A stretch of DNA of 64,000 bases, taken from an uncultured Thermococci archaeon (GTDB lineage: Archaea; Methanobacteriota_B; Thermococci; Methanofastidiosales; B48-G16). The stretch lies in contig CAZQQT010000003.1 in the NCBI GenBank assembly GCA_964595645.1, positions 72,177-136,176 on the forward strand, read 5' to 3'. Below the pieces are notes generated by a model. It was given only the letters and a program-made list of their open reading frames with translations, was not told the DNA's origin and searched no databases. The translations under genes were made by a program, and so were the position numbers. Position 1 is the first letter of the stretch. Every line of letters starts with the position of its first letter. Shown piece after piece: positions 25,300 through 33,816 of the stretch.

Positions 25300-25948
25300 C
25301 CTTTCTTCTCTTTTTGCATTTATCTACTGCTGAGATGGCATATTGGATAGAAGGCTTAAGTTTCTGTGTTTTTGCGTACTGTGTTAAAAATCCTGCAATA
25401 AACGCGGCTCTATTTTCTTTCGTTATCGTTACATCGAAGTTACCTTTCTCGAATGTTATTTTATCCCCCAAAATGATTCTTTTTCCCGGCCCTTCCTCCT
25501 CAGAAAAGATTATATCCGCTTTCACATCTAATGTAGATGTTAAAAAGGGTTTTTTGTCCATGTTTACAAGTTTTTCTGCAAGCTCACGATCATCGGATAT
25601 ATGAATTATTTTCGTTTTTTTTAGAACGGCAGAGTCAAGTTCTAGAAGTTCATTTGCACCTTCAAAGATATACTCCTTATTAAGATGTATAATTCTTCCT
25701 GTTCTCTTTTTTGAAAGTATAAGATCAGAGTAGTCCACTTTATAGGTTTCGAGAAGATCAGTAATTCCATACGAATCTTTTCCTACAGAGGCCATAATTC
25801 CCGTCTTTGCACCCAAAAAACTACCATTTATTGCGGTATGCAAACACTCGCCCGTTATCCTCTCTTTTATTTTGTATATATGGTTATTTTTTACTTTATA
25901 AATCGTTTCTATATATATTTTCCCTACAGTAAGAAAATCAAGGACCAT
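25283..25948 (-). CDS. Short PfkB/ribokinase-family-like protein with a degenerate ATP motif
   Basis: N-terminal PfkB-like glycine motif (AINGSFLGAKTGIMASVGKD). The C-terminal AAFIAGFL...AISAV resembles the ribokinase lid region, but DTxGAGD is replaced by TKENRAAF. Only 221 aa. Confidence 0.4.
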   Translation of the reverse strand: MVLDFLTVGKIYIETIYKVKNNHIYKIKERITGECLHTAINGSFLGAKTGIMASVGKDSYGITDLLETYKVDYSDLILSKKRTGRIIHLNKEYIFEGANELLELDSAVLKKTKIIHISDDRELAEKLVNMDKKPFLTSTLDVKADIIFSEEEGPGKRIILGDKITFEKGNFDVTITKENRAAFIAGFLTQYAKTQKLKPSIQYAISAVDKCKKRRKGGSHG

Positions 25949-25972
25949 ATATATTGATATGGGAATTACTAT

Positions 25973-28666
25973 TTATATCTTTTCAGTTTGTTTTTTTACG
26001 AGATCATGATCTTTATAGAGGTACTTAGCTATCTCAACTATCACGATAATGCCGATACTCGCGAGGAGAATCACGATCCAGCTCTGCAGTCCGAGAGAGG
26101 TAGTTCCTACATACTTTTGGAGGAAGGGGATATATATCACACATAACTGCATGGCAAATGACGTGAAAAACGCAGCGATGAGATACAGGTTGTTAAACAG
26201 CCCTAGTTTGAAGATAGAGTATCTCTCCGATTTACAGTTGAAGGAGTTGAAGATCTCTATCATGGTAAGGAGTGTGAAAGCCATTGTTTGAGCCTCAAGA
26301 AGACCGGCAGTCTGTTTTGTATAGTAAAATATAGGAAGTATTACTATCGTTTCATAGATTCCTACGCCTATGATAAGTGCGCTTATTCTACCTTTAAAGA
26401 TGCTTTCACCCTTTTTTCTGGGGTTTCTTTGCATTATGTCCGGATCTTTTGGATCGACACTGAGTGCAATTGCAGGAAGCCCATCAGTAAGTAAATTTAA
26501 GAACAGGAGTTGGATAGCAATGAGGGGAAGACCAAGATCGAGGAACACCGCTAGTGTCATGATCAGGATCTCGCCAACATTTCCAGAAAGAAGATGTGCG
26601 AGATATTTCTTTATATTATCGTAGATTCCTCGTCCCTCCTCTACAGCAGCCTCAATGGAAGCGAAGTTGTCATCGGTAAGAATCATGTCAGATGATTCCT
26701 TTGCTACATCTGTTCCTGTGATCCCCATAGCAATGCCGATGCTCGATTTCTTCAGCGCGGGTGCATCATTTACACCATCTCCCGTCATTGCCACAACTTC
26801 ACCCTTCTTTTTAAGTGCGCTGACAATCCTCATCTTATGTTCAGGAGAGACTCTGGCGTAGACCTTCACTCTTTCGACTATCTCTTCAAACTCTGCATCG
26901 CTCATTTCATTGAGTTCCTCCCCCATGAGAATGAGGTCTCCTTCCTCGTAGATTCGTAACTCTTCTGCAATCGCTTTGGCTGTAAGTTTTTGATCCCCCG
27001 TGATCATCACTACCTTTATCCCTGATTCTCCGCAGAGTTTTATAGCCCTCTCCGCCTCTTCTCTCGGCGGATCGAGCATCGCAGTAAGTGCAGTAAAAAT
27101 GAGATTCTCTTCTTCGAGGGTGTCTCCTTCTTTGTATGCGAGGGCAAGTACACGGAGACCCTCAGAAGCAAACTTTTCGTTCATCTCTTGTATCTTCTTT
27201 TTGTCTTTGTTAGTTATCTCTCTTACACCGTTTTTATCATGAATATACGAGCATTTTTCGAGAAGAATCTCTGGCGCTCCCTTTGCGTACACTTTATCAT
27301 TCAGTACAGACATCATCTTTCTTTCGGAGGTAAAGCTCATCTCGTTCGTTCTTGGGAATTGTTCTTCCAATTTCGATTTTTCTAGTCCTATTTTCTTCGC
27401 GAGCACAAGAAGTGCACCTTCTGTCGGATCTCCGATAATTCCATAGCCTTTGTTGTGGGCAAGTTCAGCGTCATTACAGAGTACTGCTATTTTCCCCACA
27501 ATACCTAGGGTATCAGAGTCAATTTTCTTCTTTTTCACATAGAAGTTCCCTTCCGAATCGTAGCCCACACCACTCACATCAATCACATCGTTGTGGAAGA
27601 AGAGTTTTTTGACCGTCATCTCGTTTTTGGTAAGTGTTCCAGTTTTATCAGTGCAGATGATTGTGGTGCATCCGAGCGTTTCTACTGCTGGTAATTTTCG
27701 TATGATTGCATTCCGTTTTACCATTTTTTGTACGCCTAACGCGAGGGTAATGGTAACAACTGCCGGAAGTGCTTCAGGGACAGCAGCCACAGCGAGAGAG
27801 ACTCCCCATATAAACATTTCCAGCGGCTCGTAGCCCCGTAGAATACCAATACCTGCAGCCACAAAACATATAATAAGCGCAGCGATTCCAAGAGTTTTTC
27901 CTAATCCTTCTAGATTCTTCTGGAGAGGAGTCATTTCCTTTTCCACGCCTTTAATCATCTTGGCTATCTTTCCAAATTCTGTCTCCATCCCCGTGCTGTA
28001 CACGACACATTTCGCACGTCCAAAGGTTACTACGGTCCCGGAAAACACAATGTTAATTCTCTCAGCAAGAGGGAGATCCTTGGGAAGAGCTTCAGGAGAT
28101 TTCGTAACAGGGACGGACTCACCTGTTAACGCGGCTTCGTCTACTCGAAGATTGTGACATGAAATGATTCTACAGTCTGCTGGGACTTTATCTCCCACAT
28201 CCAAAAGAACGACGTCTCCAGGAACAATTTCCGTTGTATCGATTGTTCTCTCGGTGCCATCTCTCACTACTCTGGCCTTGGGAGAGCTCATTTTCTTCAA
28301 CGCTTCCAACGACTTTTCTGCCTTGTACTCTTGGACAAACCCCAAAATACCAGAGGCAACGAGTATAATTAATATAACAATAGCATCAGCAGTCTCACCA
28401 ATAAAGAAGGAAACGATCACAGCAATAATTAAGATGATCATGAGAAAATCCTTGAACTGACTCAGAAAGAGTGTCACTACTGAAATTCCTTTCTCTTCCT
28501 TCAGTTCATTCGGTCCATATTTCTCAAGCCGTTTTTCCACTTCTGCTTGTGTAAGTCCATGTTCTGTTGTTTCAAGTTCCTTCAGCACCTGAGATATACT
28601 CTTGGAATACATGTGTACTCGTACTGGTACATCTACGGAGATATATAAACCCTGTGGTCTCCTCAA
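25973..28666 (-). CDS. P-type cation-transporting ATPase (type IIA/SERCA-like)
   Basis: Phosphorylation motif [14 protein letters not shown] actuator motif (TGESVPV), MITGD and [10 protein letters not shown] hinge motifs; 10 TM helices; 897 aa. Confidence 0.85.
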   Translation of the reverse strand: MRRPQGLYISVDVPVRVHMYSKSISQVLKELETTEHGLTQAEVEKRLEKYGPNELKEEKGISVVTLFLSQFKDFLMIILIIAVIVSFFIGETADAIVILIILVASGILGFVQEYKAEKSLEALKKMSSPKARVVRDGTERTIDTTEIVPGDVVLLDVGDKVPADCRIISCHNLRVDEAALTGESVPVTKSPEALPKDLPLAERINIVFSGTVVTFGRAKCVVYSTGMETEFGKIAKMIKGVEKEMTPLQKNLEGLGKTLGIAALIICFVAAGIGILRGYEPLEMFIWGVSLAVAAVPEALPAVVTITLALGVQKMVKRNAIIRKLPAVETLGCTTIICTDKTGTLTKNEMTVKKLFFHNDVIDVSGVGYDSEGNFYVKKKKIDSDTLGIVGKIAVLCNDAELAHNKGYGIIGDPTEGALLVLAKKIGLEKSKLEEQFPRTNEMSFTSERKMMSVLNDKVYAKGAPEILLEKCSYIHDKNGVREITNKDKKKIQEMNEKFASEGLRVLALAYKEGDTLEEENLIFTALTAMLDPPREEAERAIKLCGESGIKVVMITGDQKLTAKAIAEELRIYEEGDLILMGEELNEMSDAEFEEIVERVKVYARVSPEHKMRIVSALKKKGEVVAMTGDGVNDAPALKKSSIGIAMGITGTDVAKESSDMILTDDNFASIEAAVEEGRGIYDNIKKYLAHLLSGNVGEILIMTLAVFLDLGLPLIAIQLLFLNLLTDGLPAIALSVDPKDPDIMQRNPRKKGESIFKGRISALIIGVGIYETIVILPIFYYTKQTAGLLEAQTMAFTLLTMIEIFNSFNCKSERYSIFKLGLFNNLYLIAAFFTSFAMQLCVIYIPFLQKYVGTTSLGLQSWIVILLASIGIIVIVEIAKYLYKDHDLVKKQTEKI

Positions 28667-28876
28667 TATATATTAGTTTAAATTAATAAAGTTATATATC
28701 CATACGCTTTAAATTGTGCAATAACTTTTTGTAGTCTCATTTATGGTGATCGATTATTATACACAAAATAGTACCCTTTATTATAGATTTTTTTAAGAAA
28801 TTCTTTTTTAATAAATCTTTTAAATAAAATTCTTTTTTTAGAAATCTTTTTATAGACTTTTATTCATAAGATTTTT

Positions 28877-29728
28877 TTAAATAGCTTCTTTATTTAAGGG
28901 ATGACTCTTTTTGTATGTACTTTCTTTATACTTGTTTGTTACGTGAGTATACTGCTGTGTAGTAGAGAGGTCGCTATGTCCAAGGAGATCTTTGATGACA
29001 ACAATATCTGCATCATTTTGAAGTAGGTGAGTAGCAAAGGTGTGTCTCAGCGTATGGGGTGTGACGTCTTTCTCTATATTTGCCTTTTCAGCATATTTTT
29101 TTACGATACTTTGTACAGAACGCTGAGACATTCTTTCTCCATATTTATTTAGTATTAAGGCATTTTTTTCTTTTTTTCTTTCTTTTATGTATTTTTTCAC
29201 TAATTTTTTTGTGTTTTCATCCATAAATACAATTCTATCCTTTGATCCTTTCCCTAAATGTACAAAAACTTTTTCTTCTTCGATATCATTGACATTTAAC
29301 TTACATAACTCGGAGACACGCAGTCCAGTAGCGTATAGAAGCTGTATTATCACTTTATCTCTCAAATTATCGGCGGCATTTAATAAAGCCTTTATCTCGC
29401 TACGATTTAGGAATACAGGAAGAGTCTTAGAGACCCGTGGAAGATCGATATCTTCAGCGATTTTCATGTTTTTTGTCTTATAAAAACATTTGATAGCACT
29501 TAAATATCTGTATAAGGTCTTTAAAGATAAATTTTTTTCCTTTTGGAGCTTGAACATGTATTTTTTTATTTCTTTAGCCTTTATTTTTTCATAAGGCTTG
29601 CCAATGTCTTCAAAAAAGTTTTTCAACGTATTTTTGTAGTTCCTTATTGTGTTATCAGAGTATCCTTTCAAGCTCATCTCCATCTCAAAGTCTTCTATCG
29701 CTTTCATTCTTACACCTTCGTATAACAT
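28877..29728 (-). CDS. Tyrosine site-specific recombinase, Xer-like (archaeal XerA-type)
   Basis: 283 aa; catalytic region HTLRHTFATHLL...LLGHSDLSTTQQYTHV (R-H-R-Y signature); N-terminal SAM-like core-binding domain. The likely true start is Met8 (MKAIEDF, at 29707). Gene GC is about 33%, lower than the flanking genes. Confidence 0.8.
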   Translation of the reverse strand: MLYEGVRMKAIEDFEMEMSLKGYSDNTIRNYKNTLKNFFEDIGKPYEKIKAKEIKKYMFKLQKEKNLSLKTLYRYLSAIKCFYKTKNMKIAEDIDLPRVSKTLPVFLNRSEIKALLNAADNLRDKVIIQLLYATGLRVSELCKLNVNDIEEEKVFVHLGKGSKDRIVFMDENTKKLVKKYIKERKKEKNALILNKYGERMSQRSVQSIVKKYAEKANIEKDVTPHTLRHTFATHLLQNDADIVVIKDLLGHSDLSTTQQYTHVTNKYKESTYKKSHPLNKEAI

Positions 29729-29745
29729 ACATTATACGAAGTTAC
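29712..29745. other. lox-like recombination-site candidate: 13-bp inverted arms with an 8-bp asymmetric spacer
   Basis: Sequence ACACCTTCGTATA-ACATACAT-TATACGAAGTTAC. The perfect inverted core is CTTCGTATA/TATACGAAG. It overlaps the annotated start of the Xer gene and sits 5 bp upstream of the Met8 start. Confidence 0.55.
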
Positions 29746-29798
29746 TATTTAAAGGTTTCGGTCCAAATCAGCTCCATGTCGAAAATTGCATTTTTCAG

Positions 29799-29820
29799 TG
29801 AAATACCCCGGGGTATTTCA
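29799..29820. repeat. Perfect 22-bp palindrome TGAAATACCCCGGGGTATTTCA
   Basis: Exact inverted repeat (11+11, no spacer) located upstream of the Xer gene within the AT-rich intergenic region. Confidence 0.6.
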
Positions 29821-30211
29821 AGACAAAAATACTGTTTTTCACACTTTGGCGAAAAATAGATACTTAATCCGGTATACGGCGGCGAGGATTGTGTGATTGT
29901 GTAGGAAGAAACAGTTTATAAAAAATTTTTTTAAAAAATCGAAAAAATTTAATTAAACTTCTAGAAAGAGTATATAAAATTTAGTTCTTTTTTATAGATT
30001 TAAACTATTAAGTTTAAATTAAAGACTCTAATTTTTAAGATTCTATTTATTATATCTTTTATAATACATATATTTTTCAGCATAATAGTTTTGTTCTATT
30101 TTTGAGACTTCAAAAAATTTTTGCACAATTTACAATGTTTCATTATTTAAGCATATATTTTTATCATCCGCGAACAGAAAATTTTTTATCTTTTGATAAG
30201 AAGTATTCACT

Positions 30212-30415
30212 ATGGCGAGAAAGAAAAGTGAGATTGAGAAATTGAACATGACAATGGATCTCTCTACGCTTACTACCTACTTGGATGATCTCCAAAGGAG
30301 ATGGTCCTTCAGTACCATTCGTCAGGTGTCGATTCGTGAAGGACGAAGAAGAACTGTTGCAACAATTGATAAACTGTTTGAAGATCTTAGAGAAGAAATT
30401 AAGACTCTAAAGTGA
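30212..30415 (+). CDS. Small hypothetical protein (67 aa, predicted coiled-coil, basic)
   Basis: ORF with an ATG start immediately after the AT-rich region; no recognisable family. Confidence 0.3.
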   Translation: MARKKSEIEKLNMTMDLSTLTTYLDDLQRRWSFSTIRQVSIREGRRRTVATIDKLFEDLREEIKTLK

Positions 30416-30500
30416 GACAAAATCTATGATGTGTCTAAATGATATTTTTTGACCTTTTAACCTAGGTTAATAAGATAAAAAAATATGAAGAAAGAACGTG

Positions 30501-31949
30501 TTATTGTTTCTTCCTTAAAACATCTACAAGATCCGCTATTTTCACCCGTTCCTGCTCCATGGAGTCCCTATCTCGTATCGTGACGGTGTCGTCTTCTAGT
30601 GTATCGTAATCGATGGTGATGCAGTATGGTGTTCCTATCTCATCCTGCCTCCTGTACCGTTTCCCGATAGATCCTGAGTCATCGTACCGTACGCGGAATT
30701 CCTTCGAAAGGATGCTGTAGACTTTCTGTGCTTTTTTTGCAAGGTTATCCTTACTCATCAGCGGGAAAACAGCACAGTAGTAAGGTGCTACTCTTTTTGG
30801 AAGTTTTAACGTTGTTCTTTTTTCAGTTTCTTCGTAACCGATATCGAGCAGTGCCCATAAGTTCCTATCTATCCCAAAACTTAACTCTAACACATGCGGA
30901 ATAAACTTTTTCCCGTCTACATGCACCGTTAAGTTTTCATTGGACAACTTCTGGTGCCTTGAAAGGTCGTGATCCGTTCTATAGTGGATCCCAGCCACTT
31001 CCTTAAATCCTCCAATGGAGTCCATTTTTAGTTCAATATCCCAGTGGATCTTGTTGTAGAACGCTTTCTCATCTTCAGAAAGTTCTCTAAATCTAAAGAT
31101 CTCTTTTGGAAGGTTTAACGTCTCGAGATAAAAATCTTGGATTTTTGCCATGTGGAATACATAAAATCTTGGCAGATCGAGATCCTTACATCTTACTTCT
31201 CTTGTTTTTTTTCCCCTATTCTCTATAGCGCAGATTCGTAGTTTCTTCTCCTTTACCGAATCGAAATTTTCATGGGTGTCAAAGTTATCGGGATCGAAGA
31301 ATATCTGAAGTTCGGCCTGATGGAACTCTCGCAGACGGTAGAATCCTTGTCGTGGAGAAATTTCATTTCTAAACGCCTTTCCTACAATTGCGAGACCTAG
31401 CGGTATTTTATTTCTCTGTGCGATGAAGGATCGTTTAAACGCTAAAAAAGCACCTTGGGCTGTTTCCGGTCGCAGGTACCCCTGAATAACAGAATCTCCA
31501 GCACCTATCTCTGATCCAAACATAAGATTGAAAAATTTTACACTCAATGGCCCTTTACACTGTGGACATCGCAGGTCGTGTTCATTGATGACTTCCTCTA
31601 TCTCCTCTAGATTCATCCCTTCGGAGGAGATTTCTAGTTGTTCCTCGGTGAGATCATCAGCTTTGTAGCGGGAGTGGCAAGAGCTACACTCTGCAAGAAT
31701 ATCATTAAAGCTTTCAAGATGCCCCGATGCTTCGAACACTTCCTTGGGCAGTATATTTGACGTTGAAACTTCATGGAAGTTGGGATGCAACCCCAGAAAA
31801 TGGGATCTCCAGAGGGTTTCCCATGAATTCTTTATCTTCGTCCCCAGTGGTCCGTAGTCCCAGAATCCTTTTACACCACCGTATATTTCAGCAGAGGGAA
31901 AAAGTATTCCCCGTCTCAGACAGAGGTTCATTATTTCATCAGTTTTCAT
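30501..31949 (-). CDS. glyS: Glycyl-tRNA synthetase (class II, archaeal/eukaryotic type)
   Basis: Class II motif 1 region FPSAEIYGGVKGFWDYGPLG; C-terminal class II anticodon-binding domain; a Cys-rich insertion (CSSCHS...CPQCKG). 482 aa. Confidence 0.85.
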   Translation of the reverse strand: MKTDEIMNLCLRRGILFPSAEIYGGVKGFWDYGPLGTKIKNSWETLWRSHFLGLHPNFHEVSTSNILPKEVFEASGHLESFNDILAECSSCHSRYKADDLTEEQLEISSEGMNLEEIEEVINEHDLRCPQCKGPLSVKFFNLMFGSEIGAGDSVIQGYLRPETAQGAFLAFKRSFIAQRNKIPLGLAIVGKAFRNEISPRQGFYRLREFHQAELQIFFDPDNFDTHENFDSVKEKKLRICAIENRGKKTREVRCKDLDLPRFYVFHMAKIQDFYLETLNLPKEIFRFRELSEDEKAFYNKIHWDIELKMDSIGGFKEVAGIHYRTDHDLSRHQKLSNENLTVHVDGKKFIPHVLELSFGIDRNLWALLDIGYEETEKRTTLKLPKRVAPYYCAVFPLMSKDNLAKKAQKVYSILSKEFRVRYDDSGSIGKRYRRQDEIGTPYCITIDYDTLEDDTVTIRDRDSMEQERVKIADLVDVLRKKQ

Positions 31950-31964
31950 CTATTCACCTACATT

Positions 31965-32579
31965 ATGAATGCTATCTATGGTACAGGGCAAACGATTTAT
32001 AAAAAGATTTGCTTATACGATCAGATGTATGATGTATATCCACCATCAGAAGATACGTTTTTACTGTTGGACACGTTGAAAAAAGAAGATGTAGAAGGAA
32101 AAAGTTGTTTAGAGATAGGGGTGGGATCAGGAGCGATCACCGAGTTCCTCTCACAGTACAACACTGTCGATGGCGTTGATATAAACTCAAAAGCTATTGA
32201 GGTTACGCGGAAAAAATGTGAGAATGCGAACATCTTTTACAGCGACCTTTTTTCTCATATTGACAAAACGTATGATGTGATCGTATTTAACCCACCCTAT
32301 GTACCTGAAAAACAGAGATTTGATCATATGTACGATAGGTCGTGGTATGGTGGAGAAAATGGGAGAGTAGTAATAGATAGATTTCTCGCCGAGTTCGATG
32401 ATTTTTTGAACCTGGAAGGCTGTGCGTATCTATTACAGTCCTCCCTTAGCGATCCGCTGAAGACACTGCGTATCCTAAAACAGAAGGGATTTATCAGTGA
32501 GATACTGGCACGGAAAAAATTATTTTTTGAGGAACTTACAGTTATAAAAAGTAGAAGAGAGAAGTACTACCAATGGTGA
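31965..32579 (+). CDS. HemK/Mtq2-like protein N5-glutamine methyltransferase (release-factor methylase)
   Basis: NPPY motif (VFNPPYVP); SAM-binding motif I (LEIGVGSGAI); conserved N-terminal YxPSEDT; about 200 aa as for archaeal Mtq2. The start may be Met21. Confidence 0.65.
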   Translation: MNAIYGTGQTIYKKICLYDQMYDVYPPSEDTFLLLDTLKKEDVEGKSCLEIGVGSGAITEFLSQYNTVDGVDINSKAIEVTRKKCENANIFYSDLFSHIDKTYDVIVFNPPYVPEKQRFDHMYDRSWYGGENGRVVIDRFLAEFDDFLNLEGCAYLLQSSLSDPLKTLRILKQKGFISEILARKKLFFEELTVIKSRREKYYQW

Positions 32580-32583
32580 TCGA

Positions 32584-33816
32584 ATGAAGAGAGTGAAAGT
32601 CAGGAAGGATGATAATATCTATGAAGGGATCGAGATCCCCTCTGCAGAGAAAAACTTTTTCGTGTTGAAGCTCGACAATGGCTATAACATCGGATTTAGG
32701 AAGGAAGATATCCGGGTAGAGGTCGTTGAAGAGTTCGAAAAGGAATCTCCGATCGCAGAAGAAGGATCCGTAACTCACAATGAGGAGTTGGAGGATGTAG
32801 CGATAATAGGAACTGGAGGGACTATCGCGTCGAAGATCGATTACACCACTGGAGCTGTTTATCCAGCCTTTACCCCGAAGGAACTTGAGGAAATGGTCCC
32901 AGAGATCTTCGAGATCGCCAATATCTATCCTCGAGAGGTACTCCAGATTCTCAGTGAAAATATGGATGTAAAAAAGTGGAAGACAATTGGAAATGCTGTG
33001 ATGGAGGAGATAGAAAAGGGACGACGTATTGTAATCGGCCACGGTACTGATACCATGCACTATACTGCATCCTTCCTCTCGTTCACGCTGAAAAACCTGA
33101 ATGTTCCCGTGGTGTTGACCGGATCACAGCGATCCTCTGATAGACCATCCAGCGATTCGCGAATGAATCTCTTCTGTTCTGTAGCATTTGCCACGACGAA
33201 CTACAATAACGTAGTAATCTGCATGCACGGGACCATGGAGGACACCTTTTGCGACGTGCACAGAGGAACCAAGGTGAGAAAAAATCATACCTCCCGCCGA
33301 GACGCGTTTACAAGTATCAATACTTCTCCAGTCGCCCAGGTATATGCCAACGGCACTATCGAATTTCATGAAAAATTACCAGAGAATTCTGCAGAGAATC
33401 CATACTTTGACAAGAAACTTGAGGAGAAAGTCTTTCTTTTAAAGATATTTCCCGGCATCTCGCCGCTTATACTGGACAACCTCATCGATCAAGGGTACAA
33501 AGGTATTGTATTAGAAGGTACAGGATTGGGGCATGTTCCCTCGTCATTGTATGACACCATTGAGAGAGGGGTTGAAGAGGATGTGATCTTCTGCATGACA
33601 TCTCAGTGCATGTATGGCAGAGTGAGTATGAACGTGTACCAGACGGGAAGGAAGCTGCAGGAACTGAGAGTAATTTCCTGCGAGGATATTTTCCCTGAAG
33701 CATGCTATACGAAAATGATGCATGTTCTCGGCCACACAACTTCGTATGATGAGGTAAAGACGTTGATGAAAACAAATATTGCGGGAGAGATCACGCAGGA
33801 TACGGTGGTTCAATGA
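32584..33816 (+). CDS. gatD: Glutamyl-tRNA(Gln) amidotransferase subunit D
   Basis: Asparaginase-type motif IIGTGGTIAS and HGTDTM; 410 aa; overlaps gatE by 4 nt. Confidence 0.85.
   Translation: MKRVKVRKDDNIYEGIEIPSAEKNFFVLKLDNGYNIGFRKEDIRVEVVEEFEKESPIAEEGSVTHNEELEDVAIIGTGGTIASKIDYTTGAVYPAFTPKELEEMVPEIFEIANIYPREVLQILSENMDVKKWKTIGNAVMEEIEKGRRIVIGHGTDTMHYTASFLSFTLKNLNVPVVLTGSQRSSDRPSSDSRMNLFCSVAFATTNYNNVVICMHGTMEDTFCDVHRGTKVRKNHTSRRDAFTSINTSPVAQVYANGTIEFHEKLPENSAENPYFDKKLEEKVFLLKIFPGISPLILDNLIDQGYKGIVLEGTGLGHVPSSLYDTIERGVEEDVIFCMTSQCMYGRVSMNVYQTGRKLQELRVISCEDIFPEACYTKMMHVLGHTTSYDEVKTLMKTNIAGEITQDTVVQ

Noticed and set aside
29712-29745. Interpretation of the lox-like site as a synthetic loxP from a cloning vector.
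   Set aside because: It differs from canonical loxP at 4 positions, as recalled from memory. It matches no common engineered variant I know (lox71, lox66, lox511, lox2272). It is embedded in native-looking AT-rich archaeal intergenic DNA next to a non-Cre recombinase. This is still listed as something to exclude by read inspection.
28675-30022. 12-nt direct repeats AGTTTAAATTAA flanking the Xer gene as att sites.
   Set aside because: In DNA that is about 80% AT, a 12-mer match between two regions of a few hundred bp is expected by chance at appreciable frequency (rough estimate about 0.2). Kept only as a weak supporting note under the island finding.
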